Assembly: GCA_031264885.1 (NCBI GenBank)
Contig: JAISDM010000016.1
Coordinates: forward strand, 1-32,163
Direction of reading: 5' to 3'
DNA from: Peptococcaceae bacterium
Lineage (GTDB): Bacteria > Bacillota > Peptococcia > DRI-13 > UBA5745
DNA length: 32,163 bases
Position numbers and translations under genes: made by a program. Below the pieces are notes generated by a model. It worked only from the letters and a program-made list of their open reading frames with translations, was not told the origin of the DNA and searched no databases. Positions 1 through 8,131 of the stretch are shown here, in pieces. The first letter of the stretch is position 1. Every line of letters starts with the position of its first letter.

Positions 1-235
1 TGCCATTTATATATGAAATTTATATATGAAATCGGGGCTTGTGTCAATGTGAATTTCGCGGCGGCAGGGAACCACCCGTTCGTAATTTGGAAATGCGCGT
101 CTGTCAAGGACGGGCCAGACTGTCCGAAAACGCACCCTAAACATTCCCAACACATAACATATGGGGTAATTCGATTGGATTCACACACTATATACGGTGC
201 TAACGATGCGATTTTTGATGTTTTCGGACGGTCTG

Positions 236-302
236 GGGCGGCAGAATGCCGCCCCTACGATATCGTGAATGATGTGTCTGTAGGGGCGGCATTCTGCCGC
301 CC
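236..302. repeat. Inverted pair (REPIN/BIME-like doublet) of a 23-bp GTAG-type REP, GTAGGGGCGGCATTCTGCCGCCC
   Basis: 236-258 is the exact reverse complement of 280-302, with a 21-bp spacer. Each copy is GTAG followed by the GC-rich palindrome GGGCGGCA-TTC-TGCCGCCC. A third identical copy is at 21625-21647. Confidence 0.85.
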
Positions 303-393
303 GCCTTTGGCAGGGGGATTTTTTTGTACTCGAAATTTTGCCGCCGGCGCGTTATAATGAATTATTGAACGAGTCCTAAGACGGGGAGGCGCT

Positions 394-1092
394 ATGGCGC
401 TGTCGAGACGGCTGCGCGCCGTTGCGGATATGGTTCCGGAGGGTTTGACGCTGGCGGATATCGGGACGGATCACGGGCTGCTTTTGTGTCAATTGGTCAA
501 AACGGGCCGGATTCCATATGGCATTGGCGTGGAATTGAATATGGGACCTTTCAGGCGGGCACAGGCGGCGGTCCGTGAATCCGGGCTGGAATCCCGTGTG
601 GAAATACGGCAGGGGAACGGATTGGGGCCGCTGAAGCCGGGGGAAGCGGCGGTTGTGGCCGCCGCGGGCATGGGAGGCGGATCCATCCGGGGCATCCTTG
701 AAGCGGCCGGATGGATTCGGCAGCTGCAATGCCTGATCCTGCAGCCGATGACGGAGGTGGCGGAGGTCCGCTATTGGCTGTCCGGGCATGGCTGGAAAAT
801 CATTGAGGAAGACGCGGTTAAAGAGGGCGGAAAGTATTATCAGATCATAAAGGCGGCGCCCGGGCCGGCGGAGGAATTATCCCCGGCGGAGGCGCATTAC
901 GGGCCTGTGCTTATTGAGAAGCGGCACCCTTTGCTGAGGGAAATGGCGGCAAAAGATTTTAGAGTTTTGCAGGGAATCTTGGAACAAATGGCGAATGCGT
1001 CATATATGGATGAAGGAAAAAGCGAGAACTTCATGAAAAGTCAGCATCGGCAAAAAGCGCTGTGGATGGAGGATTTCATGGAATGGCTGTAA
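394..1092 (+). CDS. trmK: tRNA (adenine(22)-N1)-methyltransferase
   Basis: LSRRLRAVA, ADIGTDHG SAM-binding motif, RQGNGL, AGMGG and LILQPM motifs; RBS GGAGG upstream; canonical position before a Nif3-like gene. Confidence 0.95.
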   Translation: MALSRRLRAVADMVPEGLTLADIGTDHGLLLCQLVKTGRIPYGIGVELNMGPFRRAQAAVRESGLESRVEIRQGNGLGPLKPGEAAVVAAAGMGGGSIRGILEAAGWIRQLQCLILQPMTEVAEVRYWLSGHGWKIIEEDAVKEGGKYYQIIKAAPGPAEELSPAEAHYGPVLIEKRHPLLREMAAKDFRVLQGILEQMANASYMDEGKSENFMKSQHRQKALWMEDFMEWL

Positions 1093-2195
1093 GTTCGGGA
1101 AAAATCGTCAAGGTCATGGAGGCGTTCGCGCCGGCGGCTTTGGCTTTGGAAAGGGATCCCATCGGACTTCAGATGGGTTCGCCGGAGCAGGAGATTCATA
1201 CGGTTTTGGTCAGCCTGGAACTCAACGAGACCGTTTTGGAGGAGGCCGTACAGTCCCAGGCTCAGATGATTCTGGTGCATCACACGCCGCTGTTTGTTCC
1301 TGTTAAGAATCTCAGGGAGGACAAGATGCCGGGCCGGATGCTGGCGAGGATGCTCAGACACCGGATGTGCCTGTATTGTGCGCATACCAACCTGGATGTT
1401 GTGATGGGCGGGGTCAACGACACGCTTGCGGGCCGCCTGGGCCTTGAAGAGGTTCAGATACTTTGCGTCACTTATCGGGAGAAATTGACCAAGCTGGTGG
1501 TGTATGTCCCGTGGGAGCATGTGGAAGCGGTGCGCAGGGCTATGGCGGAGGCCGGCGCGGGCTGGATCGGCGACTATTCCGACTGTGCTTTCATGGTGGA
1601 AGGATACGGATTTTTTCGGCCGGGCAAGGGGACGCGTCCATACATCGGTCAGGAGGAACAACTGGAGAAGGTCCGCGAGGCGCGGATTGAAACGGTGATG
1701 CCGGAGGCCAAGGCGCCTCAGGTGGTGAACGCGATGATGGAGGCGCATCCTTATGAAGAAGTGGCCTATGATCTGTATTCTTTGAATAATCAGGGCAAAA
1801 AAAGCGGCATGGGCCGGATCGGGGTTTTGCCGGAACCTATGGCGTATAAGGATTTCGCGTCGCTGGCGGCGCGGCAGTTGTCCGTCCGCGGGCTGCGCTG
1901 TACCGGGGATCCTGACGCCAAAGTAAGGCGCGTCGCTTTGTGCGGGGGAAGCGGGGCTTTCTTGATTGAAGAAGCCAAGAACCACGGCGCGGACGTGTTT
2001 CTCACGGCGGATGTGAAGCATCATGAGGCGCAGGACGCTTTGGACGCGGGTTTGTTCGTGATCGACGCGGGTCATTTTTCCACGGAGCAGCCCGTGGTTG
2101 AAATAACGGCGAAGCATATCAGGGAAGCTTTGCCGGAACTGCAAGTGATTGAATCCAAAATCAATACGGATCCTTTCTGGTACGTGAAAGAATAG
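1083..2195 (+). CDS. Nif3-like dinuclear metal-centre hexameric protein (YqfO/YbgI family, with PII-like insert)
   Basis: DPIGLQMG, HHTPLF, AHTNLD, AHPYEEVAYD, TADVKHH and DAGHFSTE motifs. Start placed at ATG 1083, downstream of GGAGGA and overlapping the trmK end. Confidence 0.93.
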   Translation: MAVSSGKIVKVMEAFAPAALALERDPIGLQMGSPEQEIHTVLVSLELNETVLEEAVQSQAQMILVHHTPLFVPVKNLREDKMPGRMLARMLRHRMCLYCAHTNLDVVMGGVNDTLAGRLGLEEVQILCVTYREKLTKLVVYVPWEHVEAVRRAMAEAGAGWIGDYSDCAFMVEGYGFFRPGKGTRPYIGQEEQLEKVREARIETVMPEAKAPQVVNAMMEAHPYEEVAYDLYSLNNQGKKSGMGRIGVLPEPMAYKDFASLAARQLSVRGLRCTGDPDAKVRRVALCGGSGAFLIEEAKNHGADVFLTADVKHHEAQDALDAGLFVIDAGHFSTEQPVVEITAKHIREALPELQVIESKINTDPFWYVKE

Positions 2196-2251
2196 GCGGA
2201 ACGCCTGTTCTTTCGCTGTATTCGGCGGGAACTTTTCACGAGGAGGAGCCT

Positions 2252-2965
2252 ATGGGGGAAGGAAAATTTCTTTTGGAATTGAGCTCGATTCAGGCGAAGA
2301 AAGACGCGTTGGATCCCAAACGGGTGCTGAGTGAGGATTTTAAGGCCATCAAGGGGCTAAAAAGACAGATTGAAAGCATGGAGGCCATGCTGGAAGGCGA
2401 GAAGGAATTGCGGGCCTCCCGCATGAAATCCATCGCGGCGCTGGAAGCGGAGATGGGGGGCAAGGAGCAGTATCTGCGCCAGGGAGAGACGCGCTTGTAT
2501 GAATCCAAGGGGCATTCCCTGAGGGAGCTGCTGGGCATCCAGCAGGCGATTGTGGCGGCGGAAGCGGATTTGCGCGCCGGGGAGGATACCTACCTGAGTT
2601 TGCTGAACGAGTTGGAGGGGATGGGAAAAGAGCGGGAAAAAACGGAAGCCGCGTCCAAAGAGCTTAAAAAGACGTACAATCAAAAAGTGCGGGATTTCAA
2701 GCTTAAGAAGCGGGATCTGGAACTTCAGATCAAGGCGCTGGAAGCGGGGGAGGAATCAATTCGAAAGGAACTGTCCGAGAAGACGCTGAATTTATATGAC
2801 AGCGTTTTGAAACGGGTGGGACAAGCGCCGGTGGCGACGGTGTGGAAGCAGACGTGTCAGGGCTGCCATATTGGAATTTCCGATCAGCAGATCCGCAAGA
2901 TCCAATTCGGGGAGCGATTGTACTGCTGTGAGAATTGCGAAAGGATTTTGATCATGCCGGAGTGA
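2252..2965 (+). CDS. Coiled-coil protein with C-terminal C4-type zinc ribbon (DUF164/CT398-like)
   Basis: Long charged heptad region followed by CQGCH...CENCERIL; RBS AGGAGG; commonly follows Nif3-like genes. Confidence 0.88.
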   Translation: MGEGKFLLELSSIQAKKDALDPKRVLSEDFKAIKGLKRQIESMEAMLEGEKELRASRMKSIAALEAEMGGKEQYLRQGETRLYESKGHSLRELLGIQQAIVAAEADLRAGEDTYLSLLNELEGMGKEREKTEAASKELKKTYNQKVRDFKLKKRDLELQIKALEAGEESIRKELSEKTLNLYDSVLKRVGQAPVATVWKQTCQGCHIGISDQQIRKIQFGERLYCCENCERILIMPE

Positions 2966-2982
2966 TTGGGATGTGTGGGGTG

Positions 2983-3975
2983 TCAGGGCAGATTAAATTC
3001 GCTTTTGGGGAATTGGATTTCTACCGCGGCGCCTTGCCCCGCTTCCGAGGCAATGGAGACCGCCAAACCCAGCTTCGTACACAGTTTTTTGCATAAATAC
3101 AGGCCGAATCCGGTGGACCGCCCGAAGCGCCGGCCGTTTTCGCCGGTAAACCCTTTGTCGAAGACCCGCGGGATATCTTTTTCCGGGATTCCGACGCCGT
3201 CGTCCCGGATGAAAAGAGAAACGCTCTGGGGATGCGGCACACCCCGAAACTCCAGGTGGGTTCCGCCGTATTTTACGGAATTATCCATGATTTGGCGCAG
3301 AATAAAGACGACCCATTTCGCGTCGGTAAATACCGTCCAGTCCAGTTCCAGCGCGGTTATTTTGACCTTGTTGGCGATCAGATACACGGCGTTGTTTCTG
3401 AGCGCGCCGCCGACCAGATCCGATAAAGGAACCGCTTTAATGATGTAGTCTTTCTCCACGCTGCCGCTGCGGGAATAGAAAAGGACCTGTTCCGCCAAAA
3501 ACTCAATTTTGTCCAGCTCGGTCAGAATCTCCTGATTGTGGGTGTTCTCGCAGATCAACTTCGTCCCGGCGATGGGGGTTTTGATCTCGTGAACCCACAT
3601 TTCAATATATTCACGGTATTCCAGGGAAGCAAGGCGGTGTTTCCCGATCTCGCCGCTCATGGATTTGGCTGTGCGCCGCAGGGTATCGTACAGGATTTGG
3701 CCGTCGAAGAAGTCCGGCCGGTCTATCATTTCCGGCAAAAAGCGTTTTTCCTCAAGCTGATCCAGCAGGTTTTGCAGCTTGGTGTAATACTGTTTTTTTG
3801 TAAAAAACTCCGGAAGCAGGGCCGCCAGGCCGCCGAAGAAGAACAGGCCGGGAATGAAGACGACAAAGTAAGGCCGGGGCTTGACTACGTAAAGCAGCAG
3901 CATAAAGAAAACGGACAAAAAAAGATTCGTAAGGATGAATCCCAGCTTGCTCCGCGTGAAATCGCCGATTTTCAT
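2983..3975 (-). CDS. Intramembrane-sensing histidine kinase, BceS/GraS-like
   Basis: Two close N-terminal TM helices, H-box WVHEIKTPI, N-box QIMDNSVKY, DDGVGI, FDKGFTG, STGFGLY. Confidence 0.93.
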   Translation of the reverse strand: MKIGDFTRSKLGFILTNLFLSVFFMLLLYVVKPRPYFVVFIPGLFFFGGLAALLPEFFTKKQYYTKLQNLLDQLEEKRFLPEMIDRPDFFDGQILYDTLRRTAKSMSGEIGKHRLASLEYREYIEMWVHEIKTPIAGTKLICENTHNQEILTELDKIEFLAEQVLFYSRSGSVEKDYIIKAVPLSDLVGGALRNNAVYLIANKVKITALELDWTVFTDAKWVVFILRQIMDNSVKYGGTHLEFRGVPHPQSVSLFIRDDGVGIPEKDIPRVFDKGFTGENGRRFGRSTGFGLYLCKKLCTKLGLAVSIASEAGQGAAVEIQFPKSEFNLP

Positions 3976-4637
3976 AAGGAATAACCCTGCCCCCTTCGGG
4001 TCTTGAGCTTCTCACCCGCGCCGATTTGGCCGAGCTTTCTCCTGAGGCGGTTGATGTTCACCGTCAGGGTGTTCTCGTCCACGAAGTCGTCCGACTGCCA
4101 AAGGGTGTTCATGATTTCGTCTCTTGGGATGATGCCGCCCTTGCCGGCCATCAGCAATTGCAGGATGCGCGCCTCGTTTTTGGTTAACTCGACGCTTTGT
4201 TCCATGTAACTGGCGGCGCTTTTTCCCAAATCCAGGGCGAGCCCGCCGAAGCGGAGCAGGTTCGGCGCTTCCGTGTCGTAAGCGCGTTTAAGCAAGGCGG
4301 CGATTTTGGCGATCAGGATGTGGGTGTTATACGGCTTTGTCACAAAATGATCCGCGCCTAGATTCAGGCTCATCAGCTCATCCATTTCGCTGTCCCTGCT
4401 GGTGACGACGATGATGGGAACGCCGGAGCGGCCGCGGAGTTCCCGGCAGATATGGAATCCGTCATAAACGGGCAGGTTCAGGTCGAGCAGAACCAAATGC
4501 GGGTTTGCGGACAGGACAAACTCGACGATGTTGTTGAAATCGTCCGTGGCAGTTGCGGAATATCCGAATTTTTGGAGCAGGGATCTCAATTCTTTCCGAA
4601 TGACCGGGTCATCTTCGACGATCAGAATATTGTACAC
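3972..4637 (-). CDS. OmpR-family response regulator, BceR/GraR-like
   Basis: ILIVEDD, LLDLNLP (phospho-Asp), GADHFVTKPY, NTLTVNINRLRRKL, TRRGQGY; GTG start after AGGAG; 4-nt overlap with the kinase. Confidence 0.95.
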   Translation of the reverse strand: MYNILIVEDDPVIRKELRSLLQKFGYSATATDDFNNIVEFVLSANPHLVLLDLNLPVYDGFHICRELRGRSGVPIIVVTSRDSEMDELMSLNLGADHFVTKPYNTHILIAKIAALLKRAYDTEAPNLLRFGGLALDLGKSAASYMEQSVELTKNEARILQLLMAGKGGIIPRDEIMNTLWQSDDFVDENTLTVNINRLRRKLGQIGAGEKLKTRRGQGYSL

Positions 4638-4928
4638 GGGATTCTCCTGTGGGCAAAAGCGTGTTCAAAATGTATGCGGAGGCGGGGAGAGCGTTGTAAG
4701 GGCAAGATTTTGATATGGAAGCCAACGACCCTAACGCAAAGCGTTATACACACGCTGAGATAGTGGAGCGCATGAATAAACGGCACGAGGCGCACAGCCG
4801 TGTATAATGTTGTATGATTACAATCCACAGAATTCTACGCGGGATGCGAGATATTCCGAACGTATCGCAACTATCCCAGGAATAGCGCGCAGTTGATCTA
4901 TTTCACGTCGTTATGACGCTTGTTCCAA

Positions 4929-4973
4929 TGGCACGCCAGGAGGGGTTCGAACCCCCGACCCACGGCTTAGAAG
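4929..4973 (-). mobile_element. 3' half of tRNA-Arg(TCT) only; probable att site (island boundary)
   Basis: Minus strand reads CTTCTAA GCCGT GGGTC GGGGG TTCGAAC CCCTC CTGGCGTG CCA: anticodon loop, T-arm and CCA end. Upstream bases (CGCAT) cannot pair with GCCGT, and there is no D-arm or 5' acceptor strand. Confidence 0.85.
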
Positions 4974-5255
4974 ATGCGTTTCCTATTTCTCACGGAGTAC
5001 ACTGGGAACATCTGCTATGCACCTGAATCCCTTTCCGAATGCGGATTAGACCGTACCAATTTCTTTTGTAGTATCCTTGAATACCACCTTTATGTCTGCT
5101 GTGTATTCCTGCTTTGTTAGCAGACCGTTTGCCATATTAGGCTGTTGCTCAGATAAAGAAGTTGGTATATCCACCCATATTATCAAGTTATTTGGCAATT
5201 TAAAAGCGTCAATAAATAACCGGGCATTTGAGCAGGAATCAGTATCTCTCCAAGA

Positions 5256-5474
5256 TCACCCTGATTCAACCGATGCCATCTCCCCATTGGAGGAGATTTT
5301 TTCTAACCATGCGTCGTTGTGCGGCAACGTGACAAACTTCCAACCTTGTTCTTCAAGTCCCGAGCGTTGGGCTTTCATGTACTTGCTCAGCCCGTCTATT
5401 CCGCCATGTTTTTCGAGTAGCAGTTCACGGTTCTTCCTGACATCTTCAACAATGTCAGCACCAGCGTAATTCAT
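5256..5474 (-). CDS. Small helical protein downstream of the PIN gene, putative antitoxin
   Basis: 72 aa; starts 1 nt after the PIN stop with RBS GGGAGGG; DIVEDVRKNRE motif resembles small partners of this PIN subtype. Confidence 0.6.
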   Translation of the reverse strand: MNYAGADIVEDVRKNRELLLEKHGGIDGLSKYMKAQRSGLEEQGWKFVTLPHNDAWLEKISSNGEMASVESG

Positions 5475-5475
5475 T

Positions 5476-5955
5476 TTATTCCCTCCCGTCTAAACCCAAC
5501 AATGCCTCCGGCGTTACCAACAGCGGAACGGAAAGATTCCACTGATTGTTGTATTCCTGGATTTTCACAAAGGTGTGAATTCCCAGATGGGTACAGTTCC
5601 AAGTGAGCATGTAATCCATATTGGCGAGGACACTGACCGCCAGGTGATAACAATCAATCTTGGCTCGGTCAGGTATGCCGAGCAGTTTCTGATATGCGTC
5701 AGATAATGTGGTCATTTCATCTGTTACAGGGATGACTGGCAAGCCTCTCAAAAATTCAATGCGGCGGGCGGCGGCTTGAACATCGCCCAGCAAACATTCA
5801 TTGATGACGAATTGGCTGATGTAGAGTTCGTATTTTAGCCTTTCCGATTCCCAAAAGGCTAAGGTAGCAGCTTGCATTCCAGCGGTTATTGTATCACGGC
5901 TTGGTCTGCTGGTAGCGAAGCTGGGAATCGTGGTTTCTACGTACATTTTCTTCAT
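5476..5955 (-). CDS. PIN-domain (VapC-like) nuclease/toxin
   Basis: KKMYVETTIPS (first acidic residue), ISQFVINE, IDCYHLA, LTWNCTHL; start placed at ATG 5955 after GGAGAG. Confidence 0.85.
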   Translation of the reverse strand: MKKMYVETTIPSFATSRPSRDTITAGMQAATLAFWESERLKYELYISQFVINECLLGDVQAAARRIEFLRGLPVIPVTDEMTTLSDAYQKLLGIPDRAKIDCYHLAVSVLANMDYMLTWNCTHLGIHTFVKIQEYNNQWNLSVPLLVTPEALLGLDGRE

Positions 5956-6001
5956 TTTATTCTCTCCAAATCCCGAGTATGATAACCATATTGCCATTAC
6001 C

Positions 6002-6030
6002 ATAATACATCAAAAACCCTGCTGTGACAA
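6002..6030 (-). promoter_or_regulatory. Putative sigma-A promoter of the PIN operon
   Basis: TTGTCA-17 nt-TATTAT on the minus strand, about 45 nt upstream of the PIN start. Confidence 0.5.
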
Positions 6031-6056
6031 TTGCCATATGTGATAAATATAGAGGA

Positions 6057-6110
6057 CTTGATTCATGGCTTGATTCATGGCTTGATTCATGGGCAAATTC
6101 ATGATTCATG
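6057..6110. repeat. Tandem repeat: 3 x CTTGATTCATGG plus two degenerate ATTCATG units
   Basis: Exact 12-bp units at 6057-6068, 6069-6080 and 6081-6092. Confidence 0.9.
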
Positions 6111-6116
6111 CCTTAC

Positions 6117-6146
6117 AGACGCCTCATCTTTGAGGCGTCTTTTTTT
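6117..6146. terminator. Rho-independent terminator-like hairpin
   Basis: 10-bp perfect stem AGACGCCTCA/TGAGGCGTCT, 4-nt loop, T7 run on the + strand; lies downstream of the 6259-7962 gene. Confidence 0.75.
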
Positions 6147-6258
6147 ATGTTGTTTTATTTGTTGAACATATGTATACAGAATCAATAACATTGGATACAC
6201 AGTAAAAATCTATGCGGCTAGCGGCCGTTGATCTCACAAATTGCAAACAAACTGTCCA

Positions 6259-7962
6259 TCAATTGTTGGCAGATCCACGCAGCATTGCATCCCAGTCGGA
6301 GGGCAGCTCGATCTTTTTACTTACTGGGTATCCTATAAATCCGTTCTGGGCGCAGACAAGGGTATGATCCCTGGCGGGGTCGCCGCTTACAGCGATCTGT
6401 AAATCATCGGGATCGGAGACCATCTGGACATACCGGTTCGGATCCGCGGACGTGCCCAGCTGTTCAGGCCAGCTCCCGTCTTCGATGCCCTTTTGGAACC
6501 GCGCGATTTCCTTCCCGCTCATATCAGCCGGCTTCAGCTTCGCGTTCTCATAGAGATACCGCTTGATTTTTTCCTTGGTATAGCCAGCCTTCGCCAACTC
6601 TTTCACCACGAGCGGCGTGAGTATGATCAAAGGTCGCGTCTTTTGGCCCCGGAAGAAGAACTGAATGAAAAGATGATTATCAGCCATACGCTTTGCGATG
6701 TTTTCCAGTGTGCCTTCGGCAGTGGGCATACCGGACTCGATCAGCTGAGTCCGCTCCGTGACGGAAGTCAGAGTGACGACATTATCCCCGGTCTTGAAGC
6801 CCCGATCAGCGCTCAATGGCTGCCAGCCGGCCTCGGCAATCGCGTCCTCGTTTTCCGCCAAAACAATTCTGAAGTTATCTCCAAAGCAGCCTTTATCCGC
6901 TTTATGAGGCAAAAATCCGCACACATTCCGTATGTACATACGCAGGAAACGGCCGATGCTGGTATTCGCCTGAAATCCGGGGCGAAGAATTCCCTGGGTA
7001 TAGTTAAACTCCAAATCCTTAATGATCTTGCCATTTATGATAATCAACGTTTCCGTTCCAGGCGTCTGCCCCAGATGCTCCTGGCCAAAATCCGGGTCGC
7101 ACAGCCCTTCGACAATGGCGATCAGTACAGGCATATATTCCGGGCGGCAGCCGCTCATCACGCCGTTTACGGCAATGTTCCAAATTGTCGCCTCACGGTT
7201 ATCCGGCTTCAAGACCCCGACGACCGAACCCGCGGGGCGCGCCGTAAACCGCAGGAATTTCTCCACCTCTTCAATCACCGGCGGAATGACAGGCAGACCG
7301 TCGCTCCACTCGCGCATATAATAAAAGTCGTTGACCTCCTTGAGATTACCGGAAAAAACGATATCTCTCATCCCCGGCTCCTTCACCGGCTTCGCGTCCG
7401 CCGGCTGCACAGTCAGAGCCTTGACAACCTGGTCGGTCATAACCTCGGCCGCGTTCTTATAAATCTCTTCATCCGTAAAGAAATTGACATGTCCCGGATG
7501 AACCGCGTAGGGCAAATTGGGATATCCTTCGCCCGCCGCATTGAAGCCGCCCGCCGTTTGGAAACCGTCACAACAAAGTGTCACGGTGGGAATCCCTAAC
7601 TTCTCAACCAAAATGCTGGTTCGGGTCACGGCGGCGATACAGCTGCCGCAGCAGCCGACGCCGCAGATTACGGCGTCTACGCCAAAGCTCTTCAGCTTCC
7701 CGGGGAGATCGGCCAATACCTCATGCTCCTTGCCCCCGTGAATTTCACCAAACTCCTTCCAGCTTATGAAACGGATCCCGGGATACCGTCTCCCCAACTC
7801 CGCTTCAAATCCCTCGCACATGACATCACCTTTGAAAACCCAATCCCATAACTCCGCTACGACCTTGCCCTCCAGCGTATCCAGGCGCTTCGCGAGTTTA
7901 GCGCCTGTTATGGTGGACTTTCCGCGGGGCCATACAACATCATACACATTGGCGTCTTTCAT
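6259..7962 (-). CDS. UGSC-family (seleno)protein homologue, Cys form, paralogue 1; putative thiol-dependent redox enzyme
   Basis: N-terminal GVDAVICGVGCCGSC...VEKLGIPTV; C-terminal domain WSDGLPVIPP, IAVNGVMSGCRPEY, ANTSIGR; RBS GAGGAGG; no in-frame TGA. Confidence 0.75.
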   Translation of the reverse strand: MKDANVYDVVWPRGKSTITGAKLAKRLDTLEGKVVAELWDWVFKGDVMCEGFEAELGRRYPGIRFISWKEFGEIHGGKEHEVLADLPGKLKSFGVDAVICGVGCCGSCIAAVTRTSILVEKLGIPTVTLCCDGFQTAGGFNAAGEGYPNLPYAVHPGHVNFFTDEEIYKNAAEVMTDQVVKALTVQPADAKPVKEPGMRDIVFSGNLKEVNDFYYMREWSDGLPVIPPVIEEVEKFLRFTARPAGSVVGVLKPDNREATIWNIAVNGVMSGCRPEYMPVLIAIVEGLCDPDFGQEHLGQTPGTETLIIINGKIIKDLEFNYTQGILRPGFQANTSIGRFLRMYIRNVCGFLPHKADKGCFGDNFRIVLAENEDAIAEAGWQPLSADRGFKTGDNVVTLTSVTERTQLIESGMPTAEGTLENIAKRMADNHLFIQFFFRGQKTRPLIILTPLVVKELAKAGYTKEKIKRYLYENAKLKPADMSGKEIARFQKGIEDGSWPEQLGTSADPNRYVQMVSDPDDLQIAVSGDPARDHTLVCAQNGFIGYPVSKKIELPSDWDAMLRGSANN

Positions 7963-8101
7963 GGAACATTCCTCCTCTACATTTTGAATTTACACACAGT
8001 GGATTGTTTATTTCACACTATCATAAAAACAAAATATAAGGAACTTTCTTTGAGATTACCCCAACCGGCGTTAACCGTCGGTTTACGCGCGGTTTATAAG
8101 T

Positions 8102-8131
8102 AAAGCGAGCCAGGCTCGGCTCGCTTTTTTT
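8102..8131. terminator. Terminator-like hairpin after the LysR pair
   Basis: AAAGCGAGCC-6 nt-GGCTCGCTTT, flanked by A/T runs, directly at the stop of 8130-8990. Confidence 0.65.

Noticed and set aside
5-30. 13-bp tandem duplication ATTTATATATGAA x2 (similar short duplications at 25099-25123 and 30785-30806)
   Set aside because: Two-copy, low-complexity repeats; no function can be supported.
13-357. 114-aa ORF
   Set aside because: No recognisable motifs or RBS; it runs through the REP doublet, so it is likely spurious.
1041-2144. Long antisense ORFs (also 6493-7599, 10103-11032, 18467-19564, 21690-22490, 23062-23931, 25098-25961, 27948-28694, 28761-29525)
   Set aside because: Shadow frames opposite well-supported genes in GC-rich DNA; no motifs or RBS.
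4929-5005. Complete tRNA-Arg gene or intron-split tRNA
   Set aside because: No 5' acceptor strand, D-arm or 5' anticodon stem upstream, and no 5' exon found in the window; the whole anticodon loop is in the fragment, which fits an att core better.
6057-6110. CRISPR array
   Set aside because: Units are 12 bp and contiguous with no spacers; no cas genes.
7630-7660. Selenocysteine recoding in the UGSC genes
   Set aside because: Both paralogues have TGC at the motif and uninterrupted frames; there is no in-frame TGA to recode and no SECIS could be supported.
8071-8096. AACCG-T-CGGTT dyad upstream of UGSC paralogue 1 as a LysR site
   Set aside because: Short, does not match the shared TGATAG dyad, and could arise by chance.
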